This document shows, piece by piece, positions 1-14,574 of a stretch of 64,000 nucleotides of DNA. The first letter of the stretch is position 1, and every line of letters starts with the position of its first letter. The notes under the pieces are model-generated. The model saw only the letters and a list, made by a program, of their open reading frames with translations, was not told the DNA's origin and did no database searches. The position numbers and the translations under genes are program-made. Source of the DNA: Yuukianura sp. NJ FZ-2021 (taxonomy: Eukaryota); contig CM102288.1 of assembly GCA_046563655.1 (NCBI GenBank), positions 806,001-870,000 on the forward strand, read 5' to 3'.

Positions 1-3000
1 TCTTACTTACCAGAATTATTTGACGAGGATTGAGCTGCTGCTCCGCCATTAAGTCCCTGCATCAGGGTGAAAACGTCAGTCTCACTGGCTGCAAGTGGAA
101 AGAAAAAGTTGAGATGAAACTATTGCTGAAAATGCTGTTTTTTTAAACTTTTGAAATCTTTTCAATCAATGACTTCCTCAAGTCGTATGACACACTTACC
201 AGTTTCCGCCAATATCGTCGTATTCCCAAGAACACAATTGTTCAAAGCATTTTGAGCCTGCACGTACATCAAGACACAGTTAAAACATCAACTTTTGCAA
301 ACTTCAATTGTTACATAATACACAAAAAAAGTACACTTTTGAAAGATAAAAATGGTTTTCATCTCTTACAGTTTGCGTCACTTGGGTCGAATACTTGACT
401 AGGGCAATTCCGTGGTTCAAATACAAATGGAATTTCGTCTAAAACAGCAAAACCGCATTAAAAACCATTAAAAACAAGTCCCACATTTTAAATTTCCTAA
501 GTAAATCTAAAAATCCAGTCTTACCAGAGGTCCATGTTGTTGACAGAGAGTCTTGAGAGTTGAGCCATCAATTTGCGGCGTCAAATTTCTAAGTAGGAGC
601 CAGTAATGGCCATTTCCAGGGTTAGAGCCCCACGAGGCAGAGCCTTGCTGCTGCTGCTGTGCATTATTACGATACGTATTGAAGGAAGGGTTTTGCTGCT
701 GCTGACTGCCAGAGAAGTTGCCAGCATTGGAAGTATTTCCTGAAGTACTTTTCTGTGGTAATCCCATGCCTGGTGGCGGACGGTTGGCCCCACCTTGACC
801 CACGGACGAGTACTCCCATGGATCTCTCTGTCTCACACCCCCCATATCATCTCCCCAAGACTTTGTCGAGTTTAGCTTGGCCATTGAGCTGCAAATTCAA
901 ACCCAAACACATCAATTCCCAATTCATGCAACTTTCCACTATCTCCTTACTTTGCCATGGTAGTTGAGCTTCCAGCAGGAGTGAAACTCCAAGTGTTGGA
1001 GCTGAGGCTGAGAGGAGTTGAGAGCGTATCGGCAGCCGAAGCGGTTGGTTGTGCCTGTTTATTGAAAATCTCTGAGGCATCCTTAATAGCGGCAAGACTT
1101 AGTGGTGAGCGAACCACCTAAAGTAAAGAATTCATTTCAAACCTTGTTTTCAAACAGAATAACTAAAAAGCGTACCGATCCAGGCGTGAGAGTGGGATCA
1201 TCCTCAACTGACTTGAGTATTGAGTTGCCCTTCCACGGTTTCCCTGGCTCAAACTCAGGAACTAAATCCCCAAAGGAACCAAAGTCATTGGCTCCAAGTT
1301 GTACCTTGTTGCCTGAATCATCACTTGTGTTTGTATTAGAAGAGTCTGTAGGCCAACCATCACCGCCAGTTCGTTGAACACCCGTAGACCAAGTACTGTT
1401 ACACATCAAAACAACCATTTTAAATCCAGCATCAACATTCCACAAATGTTTTCTAAAAATCCGAGCTTACTTATCGGACTGTCCAAGAATCAAGCTCGAA
1501 TTATTTTTAAGAAGACCTCCAGAAGCGTTATTTGTCTGTGGGCCTGGTGCACGGCTAAAGTCTGATCCTAAATATGAAAACACAAGATTAATTGAGTGTT
1601 TTTCAATTAATCAAACTAATTTTTTACTTACCGAGATCATCCTTCTCGAGTGAAGGCACTCTGGTCCACTGCGTCAGTCTTGATGTTTGTTGATGTGAGA
1701 CAGGGCCATCCTTGAGACCAAAATCTTGTCCAAAGTTGCTCTGGAGAGAGAGCATGGGATCCATCACATTGGAACTCGCGTTGTTCACGGACATGACAGG
1801 AGCGTTTTTGGTGAAAAAGTCGTTGTTCCCCTGCTGATTTCCAACCGAGGCTGCCAAACGGTGTTGCTGATGCTGCTGCTGCTGCTGTTCCTTGGCGTGC
1901 ATCGCTTGTTGAGCTGAGATTTGATTCTACAAAAACACACAAAATTAACACTTTTCACACATTAACTTTTACATTGTCCTTACATGAAGATTATTGATCA
2001 ATTGTTTTGTCTTTGTGATTTGGACATTGAGTTGAAGCCCTGCTGTGCAATTGGTCGACTTTGACATTTGGTGTTGGGCCTGAGACAACTGCTGGAAGAT
2101 CTTGATCTGTTGGAGAAGCTATGAAAACACACATAAAATTAATCAAAGTTAATCAAAACTAATTAATCACACTAATTAGTTAATTACTCACCTGATTTAA
2201 CAGGTACAAACTTTGTGGAGGCAATGGGTGTTGAAGGATTTGGGAATTCAGGTAGCCTGCCTGCACAGCCATTTGGATTTGTTGAACGAGCATCTTCAGT
2301 TGGGTCGATGTTGGCGAGTTATTTGGCTGTCCACGAACCTACCATATTCACAAAAGTCAAAATTAGTTCAAAAAACTTTTTTTTCGAAATTTTTTTTCAA
2401 GAATTTTCAAAATCTCAATCTTCTCACATTGTTCGAGTTGAACGGATACTGGAGAGCTGGAGCCTGCGGTTGTTGCTGTTGAGACAGCATTTTCTGTAGC
2501 ATCGGATTCATTCCTCCTCCTCCCAGATTTGGATTTCCCATCATATTGTTACTCAATGAATTTCCAGCACCAGGAAACCCACCAGAATTTCCAGGAAACC
2601 CACCACCGCTCCCACCACTTCCTCCACGCTGCTGCGGATTCATGAACGAATTGTTGCCACCAATGGGCCCACCATTGGGACCCATGTTGAGTCCACCCAT
2701 GTCAAAGTGGTCATCCGGTGGGCCACCACGGCGTGCCCCTTGCATCGGTGGTCCATTCCCACCGCCCATTCCCCAGGGGGTACCCAGAGCATCCATTCCC
2801 CCACCCCCGCGACCCCCACCTCCCATTCCCCCCATGTCCAAATTGTCAATAGCATCAGAGAGGTGCATTGCTGAAGCACGCAGAGCCAACTGGTCAATGT
2901 CTTCCTTCTGGAGCTAAAAACACACAATCAAAAACATTTTCATAAATGTTTCAAAATTTTTGAAAAATGTTCCCAAAAAAGTTATGTTTTTGAAAATAAG

Positions 3001-6000
3001 AGGTCCCAAACAGTGTGAAGATTTCCCGCGACAGATAATTCACAAATAGTCCAAAAACTGCATTTAAACAAAATACCTCGTTTCGAAATGCCGCCAAAAA
3101 AACGAAAACGTTGAAAATACGTAGCGTAAAACGTAAAACTTCCAAACTACTAAACAACATTAACGAAGAAATGTTTTTTTGCAGACACGTTTGAGAAGGT
3201 CATGCGCCAAGGACGGTTAAAGGAACAAGTAGGGTCTCAAAATTGAGAAATACACTCGTAAATTAGCAAAAAAGAACAAAGCAGCATGCAAAAAGCTCAA
3301 CAAAAATTAAAAATTGACAATAAAGCTCTAAAAAGCTCTTTTCACTAAAAATACTAAAAAGCATTTTAACTAAAGCAAACACAAAAATAAATAGAAAACC
3401 TTACCCTCAACCCAGAAATGTCTGACAAAAGCTGTAAAGCCGAAGGCTTTCCGCTTGTCCAGAACTCCTTATGGTGAAAATTCTTACTACCATTTAAGTA
3501 CCGCTAAAAAGGGGAAGAAGGAACGAAAAAAACATAAAATTTCAAATAAAATAAAACAATAAATCAAAAACCAAATTAAAAAAGTATAACAAAAAGTGGG
3601 CGAAAGCGGTAGTGCAGAATTTGGTGCATTAAATAACATGTATTCCAATGTGTTAAGGAGCAAACAAGGAACTGGAATGCTGGAAATGTGTCTTTGAAAA
3701 CAGGAATTCAACTCCGCAGTTGCTTAAATCCTTCAAAATTTCAAAAATCGCCAAAAATCAAAAATCTATAAATAAAAATCTTCCAGTCCACCATTATCCC
3801 AATACACAATTTGCACCCTGTAACTCTAACTTTTGAATTCGAATTACCGAATTTCTTGAATTACCGAATTTTTTGAACTACCGAATTTCTTGAATTACCG
3901 AATTTTTTGAATTACCGAATTTTTGGGTGGAGCTCCCCAGTTGGAAGTGTCCACAACTCCATCGTCACCCCAGCCGCCTTGGCCACTTTGGTTGGTTGGC
4001 GTCTTTGGTTTGCCCCAAGAATGCTGCTGCTGTTGTTGTTGCTGCTGCATTTGTCCATCATTGCCCCAAGAATTGAGCTTGTCATCGTTCCAGCCATGCT
4101 GATCAGCATTTCCATTGTACAAACCTTGCTGCATTGGAGGACCTTGATTTTGCCACCCATTTCTACAAAAAATGACACAAAAAACGCATCGATCTCCAAA
4201 ACCTCCACAACAAAAACGTCAAAACTCAACAACAAAAACTTCAAAATCTCCATTTTTTCTACCTGTTTCCATTGTTATTTCCTCCGCCGTGACCCCAAGG
4301 TGGATTCCCTCCGTCCATTTTATTTGGCAATCCACGATTGGCTGACATTCCACGCTGCTGCGGTGGCTGTTGTTGTGGTGGCTGCTGTTGTTGTTGCTGC
4401 TGTTGCTGTTGTCCAGGAAGTGTATTTCCCCAGAGGGAAGTTCCATCATCGTAATTCGGAATATTTGGAATGACTCTGCGTTGAGCAGGAGGCGAGATCT
4501 CGTCCCACGCTTTTTCCTTTGGCCCACCATGTGGTCCCACTCCCATATGATCCCCGGTGGGACCATTGGTCGTGCCCCACTGCTGCTGCGGGGGTTGTTG
4601 TTGCGGTGGTGGCGGTTTGTTCCACATTCCTTGATCCATTTGACTATTGTTCATTCCACCGCGGCCTCCATTTTGACTTCCACGGTCACTTCCAGTAGAG
4701 CCCCAATTGTTTGGTCCTCCAATTTGATCTCCACGTCCCACTCCATTGACAGTACTGCCATTCCCACCAACTCCGCTCCCAATACTGTTCCAATCTGAAG
4801 GATCCTTCTTCATGGGAGGAGCATTCCAGTGTGGATTAGTCGACTGTTCACGATTCGGTTGTGGTGGTTGGATTTGTTGTTGTGGTCCATTGCTGGCTCC
4901 ACCCATCCACTGACTACGGTTTCCTCCGTTATCATTCGGTTGCTGTGCAGTAGGAGCTGGGATATTGTTGGCTGTAGCCGGTGGAATTCCATTCCAAACA
5001 TTAGAGCTATCACTCTCATCTTCTTCTCCCCAAGTACCACCTAGAGTAAAGTGATTAAAATCAGGGTGTCGTTGGTTTAAACCAGTTGGTTTAAACCATG
5101 GTTTAAACCACGGTTTAAACCAACTGGTTTTTTTAAAAAAACCATTGGTTTAAACCAAATCAAGAATTTTATGCAAAATGATAAAAAAAATTGAAAATAG
5201 TTTGACAGGAGCTTTGTTTTTGTACTTTTCTGTCAACCTATTTTTAGTTTTGCTTGAAAAACTATAACCTCTTGCTGTTTCCAGTGTATTTTCAGAATTA
5301 GACCGCCTTAAACGCATTCAAAGTTCAATGCGTCATTTCATTTTAAGGGTAAAATCGTTCGCAGTTTTGAGTTAATTGAACAATGAGTGGCGGTAGGAAA
5401 CGTGACATCGTTTGGTTAAGCTTCCAGGAATTTGTTTCTTGTGACCGAAAGGGCAGTAGGGCAAAATGTAACGCCTGTAGACTAGAAATGGAAGGTCAAG
5501 TGGCAATTTTTAACTGCAAAGGTTCCGAAAATTGTAATGGATTCCACTAGAAAAACGCAGGCACTGCTTCCTATTCATTATTTGCCAATCTGTAATGTAA
5601 TTGAACTCACCGTTACTTATGCAGCAGTTGAAAACGAAAGGTTTTCAGGAATTTTAGCAGTCTTTACGTAGTACAGAGACAAACGGGAGTCCCGTTACGG
5701 GACCACTCCGAAAAATTTTGTTTTTGAAACACTGTTTTAAAACGACATATCTGCTTCGGATTGGTAGAACTTATATTGTTTTAGTTTAGTTTAAATTTCA
5801 ACTTGATTCGAAAGGGTACCTAATGAAAATATACCAGATATCCTTGGCACCCATTTTTAATTTATTTCTACACAATTATTCTTCTTCGCGCATGAATTCT
5901 CATGCTTTGGTTTAAACCAAAAAAACCAAAAAAACCTGGTTTAAACCAAAAAAACCGGTTTTTTTGGTTTTTTTGAAAAAAACCGAAAAAACCCGACACC

Positions 6001-7667
6001 CTGATTAAAATCGATCAAAAATCAAAGTAACCCGAATAATTTGGAGTCACTTTTTCAAACTTTTGGATAATTTGAAGTTAGTACCATGATTCGTAGTTGG
6101 AGTGTGTCCCCATGGAACTTTTTGAGTAATTGGTTGCGGGGGTGGAGCTCCACCGCGCAAATTGGCTTCCCAGAGATCAGTTCCATTGTTGACGGCCACT
6201 TTCCATGATGATCCAGATCCATTATTTGTTCCTGCTCCAGAAGCAACTGTGCCCATGCCAAGGTCCTTGTGATGCGGTTCCGGAGATCCAGGCACGTCCC
6301 AACCAGAGTCTTGATTCACATTTTGCTAAAACACACAAAACCAAATTTCAAAATCCACAATTTTCAAAAAATTCAAAAAAGTTTCATCAGAAAACTTCGT
6401 ATTTGGACTTACACCTCCCCATCCATCAGTACTGAAGAGAGCATCACGCATAGAGTTGAGAAGTTCGATTTGCTTGCTCGTGACGCTGGACGTAGTGGAC
6501 GTGAGTCCACCGATTTGTGATGCATTTGGCATAGCAGAGGACGAGCCGAGCGCCTGCGTGTTCGTTGAGGGTGGGACAGGGTTGCCCGGATGCGTTTGTT
6601 GAGAGTTGAGAGTGACGGAGGAGTTTGGAGTATTGCCACTAGATTGAAGAGATTTCCCAGCAGCTTGAGCCCATGAAGAAGTACCAGCATTCGTGATGAT
6701 CCCACCAGAGGCAGACCCACATCCTGCCCCACCGCCCATCTGACTCCCACCACTCGACCCACCGGCAACATTCGGATTTGTACTCACTGACCCAGAGTTC
6801 ATTGGACTATTCGGTGGAACCATTCCGCTACTCACATTTGGCTGGCTCAATTGCATTGGATTAGCGCTTGGTGGGACGTTGGTTGCATTTGTAGAAGGAT
6901 TGTTATTCATTTGAGATCCTACAATACCAAAAAACATTAGAAATTTCAATTTTTATGTTTGAACTTAACTAAATCTTGTTGGAGTAAGGCTCAATGAACG
7001 TCATTGTTGCCATTTTGCATCTACAACTGGTGGCTACCATGTTGCCACTTTTCACGGCAACGATTGATGCCAACGTTATACGGCTACGTTATACCAATTT
7101 TGCAACTTTAGGCTGTTTGGTCGGGCTGGAGCGCGACAAATGTTGCCACCGAGCTGTAGCCACACAAAATAGCCGGAGTGGCAACACTGTGGCTACAATG
7201 ACGCTCGTTAAACCCTTAATTATGAAGTTCATACCTGAAATAGTAGGTTGCCCATTGGTGATGTGACTAGTAACACGATTAGGGGACGGTGAGCCCCACT
7301 GATTTGAACCGCCGGGATAATTATTATTTGCTGACGAAGAGTTGGTTGTTCCACTGTTCCCAATGGCACCCGAACTACCACCACCCAAGGACGGGGGTGA
7401 GGAAGACGCTGCAGCTCCTCCTCCGGACAGACTGCCTGAAGCGTTGCTCAGAGAACCCACCGGACCCACGGCCGACGGTGGGCCTGAACCCGGCGGAGCT
7501 CCCCACCCCGTCACGGCGGCTCCACTAGCACTTGGCGGGGCTCCCCATCCAGACGTACCATTATTATTGAGCGTAGAGAGACCCCCACGAAGGCCCCCTG
7601 ACCCCGGCGGAAGTCCCCAACTTGAGTTCATGTCCTCCGTATGCAAACTCATCTCCTGAGTCTGCAT
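1..7667 (-). CDS. TNRC6: GW182/TNRC6 (gawky) miRISC scaffold protein, multi-exon, 3' end truncated by the window
   Basis: ATG at 7667 (MQTQEMS) has an in-frame upstream stop. Exons carry GW/WG repeats ([29 protein letters not shown]), a UBA-like segment ([23 protein letters not shown]), a Q-rich region, the PAM2 motif [14 protein letters not shown] and the RRM start [26 protein letters not shown]. Confidence 0.95.
3841..3925. repeat. Five tandem 17-bp copies (GAATTACCGAATTTYTT) overlapping a GW182 5' splice site
   Basis: Visible direct repeats; the minus strand reads TTCG|GTAATTC in each copy (one copy GTAGTTC). Confidence 0.9.
5062..6003. mobile_element. Non-autonomous hAT-type element (MITE), 942 bp, in a GW182 intron
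   Basis: Terminal inverted repeats CAGGGTGTCG...CGACACCCTG; perfect 8-bp TSD ATTAAAAT at 5054-5061 and 6004-6011; subterminal GGTTTAAACC palindromes at both ends; no ORF. Confidence 0.92.
6988..7215. mobile_element. Degenerate MITE, possibly PIF/Harbinger-type, in a GW182 intron
   Basis: Imperfect inverted ends GAACGTCATTGTTGCCA / TGGCTACAATGACGCTC (15/17 match), flanked by TAA/TTA, with repeated internal GTTGCCA/TGGCAAC motifs. Confidence 0.55.
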
Positions 7668-10600
7668 CGCGAAGGGCTCCCCTCTAGACCCTTACACCAA
7701 CAAAAACTTATGACTGCTCCACACTAGGCTTTGAAGGACCTGCAAATCACAAAAACAACTCAAAATTAGCAACATCAACTTAGAATTAGCAAGTTAGACT
7801 CAAAATTAGCAACCTAGACTCAAAATTAACAACTTTTTAAAACAAGTAGTACAACTATTTTGATCTTCAATCACCTTTTACAGACTTGTACTCTCAAAAA
7901 AACTTAAAATCTAAACTTCGGAAATGAAAATCACAGAAATTGAGCTTGTGACCACTCTTTTTTTTACTCCTTCAGCGCCAGCCGTCGCTCCCACACTTCT
8001 TGTGTACTTTCCAATCAGCGCAACTCTACTTCCCAATTTTTATTAAAAACTGAATAGCCTCAACCAGCCAAAAGACTAAAAAGCTAATGACAGAGTCTAA
8101 GCCAGGGATCTGCTCATCCCCGTGCTCCCAACGACGTAGTTGGACCAGAAACAATAGTTATGAATCCTATCTCCAATGTACTTACTACAAGTACTCAAAG
8201 TGTGAATCCCTATCAAATCTACATTTAAAACCAACCAGTATAGCCACCATGTATTCACTGGCACCAAAACACCATCCAACCGCCCATCACTCGCTTAAAT
8301 CCCACTGCAACTGTAACTACATAAGCAAAATCCACTTATACTCTTTCCAAACTACTTTTTGCCCAGTATACAAACAACAACACATTATGGTTCAAGTACT
8401 ACTGCACAAGTATACCCATTCTTACAGACATATGAACATTGAACTACCACTTCCAAGTAGTATATATCGTTCAAAGTGAATGCAAAAGGATTAGGGATCA
8501 GCAACAAGAATCATTGCAATGCTAAACCGCCATATAGCGTTGTATTCGTGTACTAAAATTCAGAGCCAATAAAATGCAAACGAACGCCTTTGGCTTCTGC
8601 TCCAATGTCGCTCGTCTCACGATATTTCAATAAAAAAAAAGTAAGAGCGCGGACTGTGGTAGAGTGTGAACAAACGAATTAAAAAATGTGGAATCAATCC
8701 TTCAAGTTATGACAAATTAAAACCTTAATGCTTAATCTCACCATTTTTTATGTAACAAGAACCACAAGAGGCCATTGAGTATTTCTTTCAAGTCACAATC
8801 TCTCAAATCACAAAATTAACTTTACGTTAGTACGGGCGGACTAACGATTTTAACTTTACGTTAGTAAATGACTTAAAACTATGACTACGTTAGTATGTAC
8901 GGACTTACAATCTTAAGTTTATTACGTTATTTATTATGAAAAAGCCTTAAATTTTACTGTTTCATCACATCATCTGATCCGTTCCAGACAAGCGCTGAAG
9001 TTTACGCTGAATCGCTGACTGCTGTGAAATCCTTGCCAATCATTCTCATTTCAAAAATACAACCCAACTTTTACTCACTGTACTTGTTTGTTTTTGCTCA
9101 ATTTTAATGCCTAGTCAAGTGGATTTTAAAACCAACACACAAAACTCCAACATAAACATAAATAAATTCAACTTCTGCAATCTTTCCATTTCAAAGTCAC
9201 ACCATACCACAAAGTTTTAAATTTCAAAACGCTCCAAAGGTCAGCGTCAGGTCATATCAGACTTCCAGTTTTTGGAAAGCGTCAATTACAATGTCTGCCT
9301 CTTTCAGCTCCTGGCACACGAAAAACTGTAATTAAGACTACTCTAAGTCTAGTCGTTTATACATGTGCAAGAAATTTGGACGCCAAAAATTCTGAAACAC
9401 ACTTCATATCCATGTATAATTGACTTGTTATGAACAAGAAAATGAGCATTCTCTGGTTAACACACTAAATTAGGCCACTTCAACTACAAAACTACTCTGG
9501 TAAAATGGAAAAACAAAAAACAGGTATGAATTACCTCGAAATGGAATCTTGTTTGTATTTAAAAGCAAAAAAAAAGTCCTTCATGCTACACTTTTACACC
9601 TCAATTTAGGATTGATCCACTCAAAAAAATGCAATCCAATTTTAGTCGTATTAGAGAGGGTTCGTTTTACTTTTGTAATGTTAACGTTTTGAAAGTTTTA
9701 TAAACTAAAAGCCCAATTTTCCTAATACTCTGTACGTAACTTCAAATCACTGTCATTTTCACATTTCACACCTTCCGAATTTACAACTTCACTTGAAGCT
9801 ACGTCTATTTCATAGTTGAGAAAAAAAACTTGCGTACATACCGTATTTCCTATTCAAAAACCTACGTCTCCCCGCCTACAATTCAAGAACAATGCCGTGC
9901 TTGTGTCTGTTCCACATTCAGTTCAAAATCCCATTTCCGTTCCAATTTTTTGCAAATTCAATTCTCATGAAAAAGTCAATTTACAGAAACAAGAATTAAA
10001 ATGTTTAATTCACAATCCCAGGTTATAAAAAAAATCCCACCGTTGCTAATGCAGTTACTCCCTTTTCCAAAAGTCCTTTTCTGACATTTTTAAACTAATT
10101 TTCAATATTAATAGAGAGATGTGCATTTTACACCGCTAAATACTTGTCAAAATCCAAACCAAAAATGTTTCCAAAAAGACACACAAAACGCCTTTTTTTA
10201 CACTTTGTAAAAAATATAGGGCTGTGGCATAAACCCCGTCTTTAGCTTTTGCGTTTGTGTCAAAAACTAATCAACTGACTACCCCTCTCATACCACATTC
10301 GTAGCAATATTTCATCTTCTCCTTTGTAGCAATACTTCAAACAAGTATCTCCCCAAGCAATATCCTTTAGTACTTTTTAGTAATAGTAGATTCCAATTCC
10401 ATTTCCCGTATTAAAAGTGACATTTGTGTGTGGGTGTTTTGGGTATTAGAAAAAGTAGAATGTCTTTCGAGAACAAAATAAATTCCTTATGACAAGACAC
10501 AAAGAATAGTGCCAAGCTCGAGTAACTTTCCTTGTGTGGTTGTGCCTTTAGGACTTTTAGTATTGGGAACTGCTGGGGGTAGAATTACCGCTGGTTAGGT

Positions 10601-13600
10601 ATAGGTTAACGATACTTGTCAAGATGAAGACAGAGCCTATTAAATCCATCTTTCTAACATAACTGTCATCACTGCTTTAACTTCAGCAGTTAAAATTAAG
10701 AGCAACAGAAGCGTAGCCTGGGTATGGCTTCACTTCAGTTGATTGTAAGTGGAAGAGCGGGTAGTAAAAATACCGTTCCTTTGAGCTGCAAGAAATCAAT
10801 AGTAGCAAGAGCTCCGTGTAAAGTCACTTTAAGTAGCACTGGCACGAAACCGTAGAGTTGAAGCAAGGTTACCTCCTTCCTTACATTTTCCATATTAATT
10901 TCATAACCAATGTTCTGACCTCAATTTTCTCAAAAAACTAAACTTCATTTTCTTCAAACTTTAGCAATTTTGTAAGTAAAGGCCCGGTCACACCTAAATG
11001 ACAATTCAGTTAAGGCTGGGTCGCACAACCTTTAATTTTCTCAGTTTTCCCCCCAAAAAAATTTCAGGAACAAACAACAGCAACAAACTAAATTACCACT
11101 TCCAAAAACTTAATTAAAAATCATCTTCCTTTACAAAAAAAACATGCCCTGAGGCATCATTAAAAATTACGCAATTTCCCCCAAAATCTAGTTTCCCATT
11201 TCCCTTTTAGCTTCAGTTTACGACGAAAAAAATCAAACATAACAAAAGAACGTTCTATCCTACATAAATAAACATCCTTTGAAATCAAAAATGCCAAAAT
11301 TAACAACCAAATCTTAACGTATAAGAATAAAAAATGGGAGAAAGTTGTACATGGGATCATCTAAATTTATAAATCACGTTGATAGTCGATCGATTAAAAA
11401 CGAAAAAATAACAACCAACATTAGCAGTGTACGTTCTGAAAGAATTTGTTTAAAGGTACATTTTTACATTATGTTAGTCACGTTGTTGCCATCACCTAAC
11501 CCAAACTAAAAAAAACCGGTTTGACGTAAATTATGTACGGACTGCTACACGGGGAAGCTTCTAGTGTCCCTATAAATCTTTTTAGTCCGTTCAAATTAAA
11601 ACTGAAACTTAAATTTTAAAAACTCAAATTGAATTCAATTATTTCCAGTTAAATTAGGGTTAATTAAACTAAAATGACTTCTTTCTAAAAAGCATTAACA
11701 GAAGACCAGGAAGGATTTTCTTTCAATTTATATTTCCAACCAGAAGCTTTCTTCCGCCGCTTCGAAAAGGCTTCTCTCGCTACTTTTTCTTGTACAAATG
11801 AAAATCCTGGCAACTCCTCCTGAATTGAGTACTCTGAAATACCCGGCTACGTTCTCCCCTATGTATCTCCACTACGCCTAGGCTATGGTTGAACTAAAAA
11901 TAAGGTAAGAGCGTAGCCAGGAGAAGCCATCCTTGCCCCCTACTATCCCCATGTCCTCTTCAAACTTTAGGAACCTAGCAACCAACTTTCAGCATCACAG
12001 CACCAGAATCACATCTTTCCCTGCCCTCAACTTCCCGGATTCAAACATCTCCACAATATCCTCGGAGAGTAAAAGCTGAAAACCTTTGCCCAACTTTCCA
12101 TACAGGCACTACTTCCAGCACAACCAACAGCAACAACTGAACCGAACGGGAATTATTGATCCCTCTTCTTCCTACTCCCCTGTCTCTTTTTCAAACTAAA
12201 CCATGCATAACAACCTCCATTTTCAAAATCAAATAATACTAGAACAAGGTCACTTTCAAAATACGAAACAAAACTAACCAAAAACTATCCATTTCCATGC
12301 AAAAACGGAAATTACAAGTTGTTTTCCTACAAAAAATTTTGATGGGTTCCAAAACTAATACTAATGAAAAATAGCTTTGGTGTGTGTGTCCGCTCGGTAA
12401 AAAAAAACGCGAGTTAAAATTAGAATTTCGGTCACACCAAGATTTAAAAAAAAATATTAAAAAGCACACACATAAAAAATTATTCCTGGACCAAGTGCAT
12501 TTACGATGTTTTTTTTTAAAGCAAGTTTCAATTTTTGAAAAACCCCGCTGGCTAAATTGGGCCTGACAATTGAGAACAACTGACATCATCAAGACAAGAC
12601 AAGGCTACAAATCGATTTAAAACTTGATAAATCGATTCATTGTTAACGAACATCACACTCACATTTTTACGTTTCGTTCACAGTAAGTGAGATTTCCATT
12701 GTTGTCTACAGTAATTTCAATTTGAAAGTCTCTAACAACCTTCCTAACATGTACAGATTGTGGATCGTGATCAAGCTCATGTCTCCCCACATTTACTTCC
12801 AAAAGTAAAACAAGGACCCACAGCATTCAACATACTAAAATGTGCCAATTCCAATTGGAACAGAAGGTTAACGGCCTCTTACTCCTAACTTTAACTTTAA
12901 TCAATTATTCTTATTCCAACATCCTTCCTTTACTAAAATATTATGAACAAAATACACTAACTTTACTTCAGTGCAACTTCTCTGCATCAAACATCCCCTA
13001 CTGCTACACAACAGCTACGGAAGAGTCCATTTGAATTCAAAATTCAACTCTCGCAACCTCTCTAATATGCAAGCACCTCCAATCCAACAATGTTAAAGTA
13101 CAACAATGTAAACAATAATTTACAAAATATTCAAAATTTTGAAATTCAAACTCACCGTAAGTTTCGTTTTTGGCAATGTCCAGGCTTTTCGATTAGAAAA
13201 ATGAGATTGGTTTTTTTCAAAAGTTCTCTTGAACAAACTTTGAGAAAAAGCGTAACAGCTTTTCTTCCAAAACTACTGCTCTTTTTATAAAGTTTTTTGG
13301 CTTGAGTTTTTAAAATTGTTAAAATTTATATTTCTTTTGTCAAAAAAATAAAAATAAAAACGAACACAAGTTTAATATCACTGATGTGTGGAGTGGTGGA
13401 GGAGAGGTACAACAAACGTAGTAGTACACAGGTACCGAAGAGGAGCAGCAATTTAAGTTATTGAAATCGAGATTATTACACTCGAAACACTTTTTAGAAC
13501 AGGAGTTTTTAGTACACAAAGTCTTTGGAATAAGTAAACCCTCGATCACCACCACACTTCTTTTTGAAAACAAAGTTGGTAAAATTTAAGTCTCTGATGT

Positions 13601-14574
13601 CACGGAAAGCACCTCTGAATTTGTGCAGATGAGGAATAGTAGTTAAGTGTTGATCCTACCGAGTAATTATTGTATAAATTTCAGTGTTTCCTTTCATGAT
13701 TTGGATGATGAAGAATTATGGATGGAATGAAACTGTCCATTGAGTATGAAGACAAGGCTCTTCTGTCGTCTACGACAACAACCGTCGTCGTCCATTTCCA
13801 AAACAACAAACTTTTTAAATCTTGTTTCCGTTTTTAGCGTTTTTAAATAATACGAAGAAGGGAGATCCGTCTCAGTTGACGACAACAACAACTTTGGCTC
13901 AGCACCGAGCTACGAGATCACTCCAAAAAGTCCGAGAAAAAAATGCCTACGGCACAGAAGCAGCTCAAATTCCCCCAGCTACCCACAAGAACAAAACTTT
14001 TTGTCCCTTCTGTTTCTTTTTCAACTTTTCGATGGAAGCTTTGCTTTTGGAGCCTCAAAAGCCCAACGAGAACCTTGGCAAAGTGTCTAGGGAATAAGTA
14101 TTCTATAGTACATAGACATCACTCCCTCCCCTTTCAAGAATACTTTTGGATTCGAATACATTTCAAGTTTTTAGCATCCCAGGGAATAGGTTGACTACGT
14201 TATACAAAAGTGGAGGAGGTACTAATTCCGAGCTAAAACCAAGCGTAGACTTATTACACTCTCAAAAGCGTCGTCTAAAACTAGGTACAAGGTCTTACGG
14301 CCCGACAAATTTTCGTAAATCCACTCCTCACCAACTCCGAAAGGCAAAAACAATAAATTTTAAAAATAAGAACGAAACTAAATTAACAAAATCCTTATGC
14401 AGCACTTTCAGCAACGGAAAACTACTAAATGGGATTATGCTGCAAAATAAATCCCTTTTAAATAACCAATTTCACAGTCAAATACAAATCAAAAATTAAT
14501 TTTCATTTTTAAAGCACCATGTAGCGGGACAGAGAACCTGCAGTACAGGGAAAGACAGTAAGATATGCCAAAGG

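Noticed and set aside
8087..8479. 130-aa plus-strand ORF, and other antisense ORFs over GW182, ZNF598, LUC7, THUMPD1 and PRPF31
   Set aside because: No recognisable domains; these look like shadow ORFs of low-complexity or coding sequence on the other strand.
10978..11030. Harbinger-like termini GGCCCGGTCACAC and GGCTGGGTCGCAC
   Set aside because: Two same-orientation fragments with no matching opposite end or TSD; cannot define an element.
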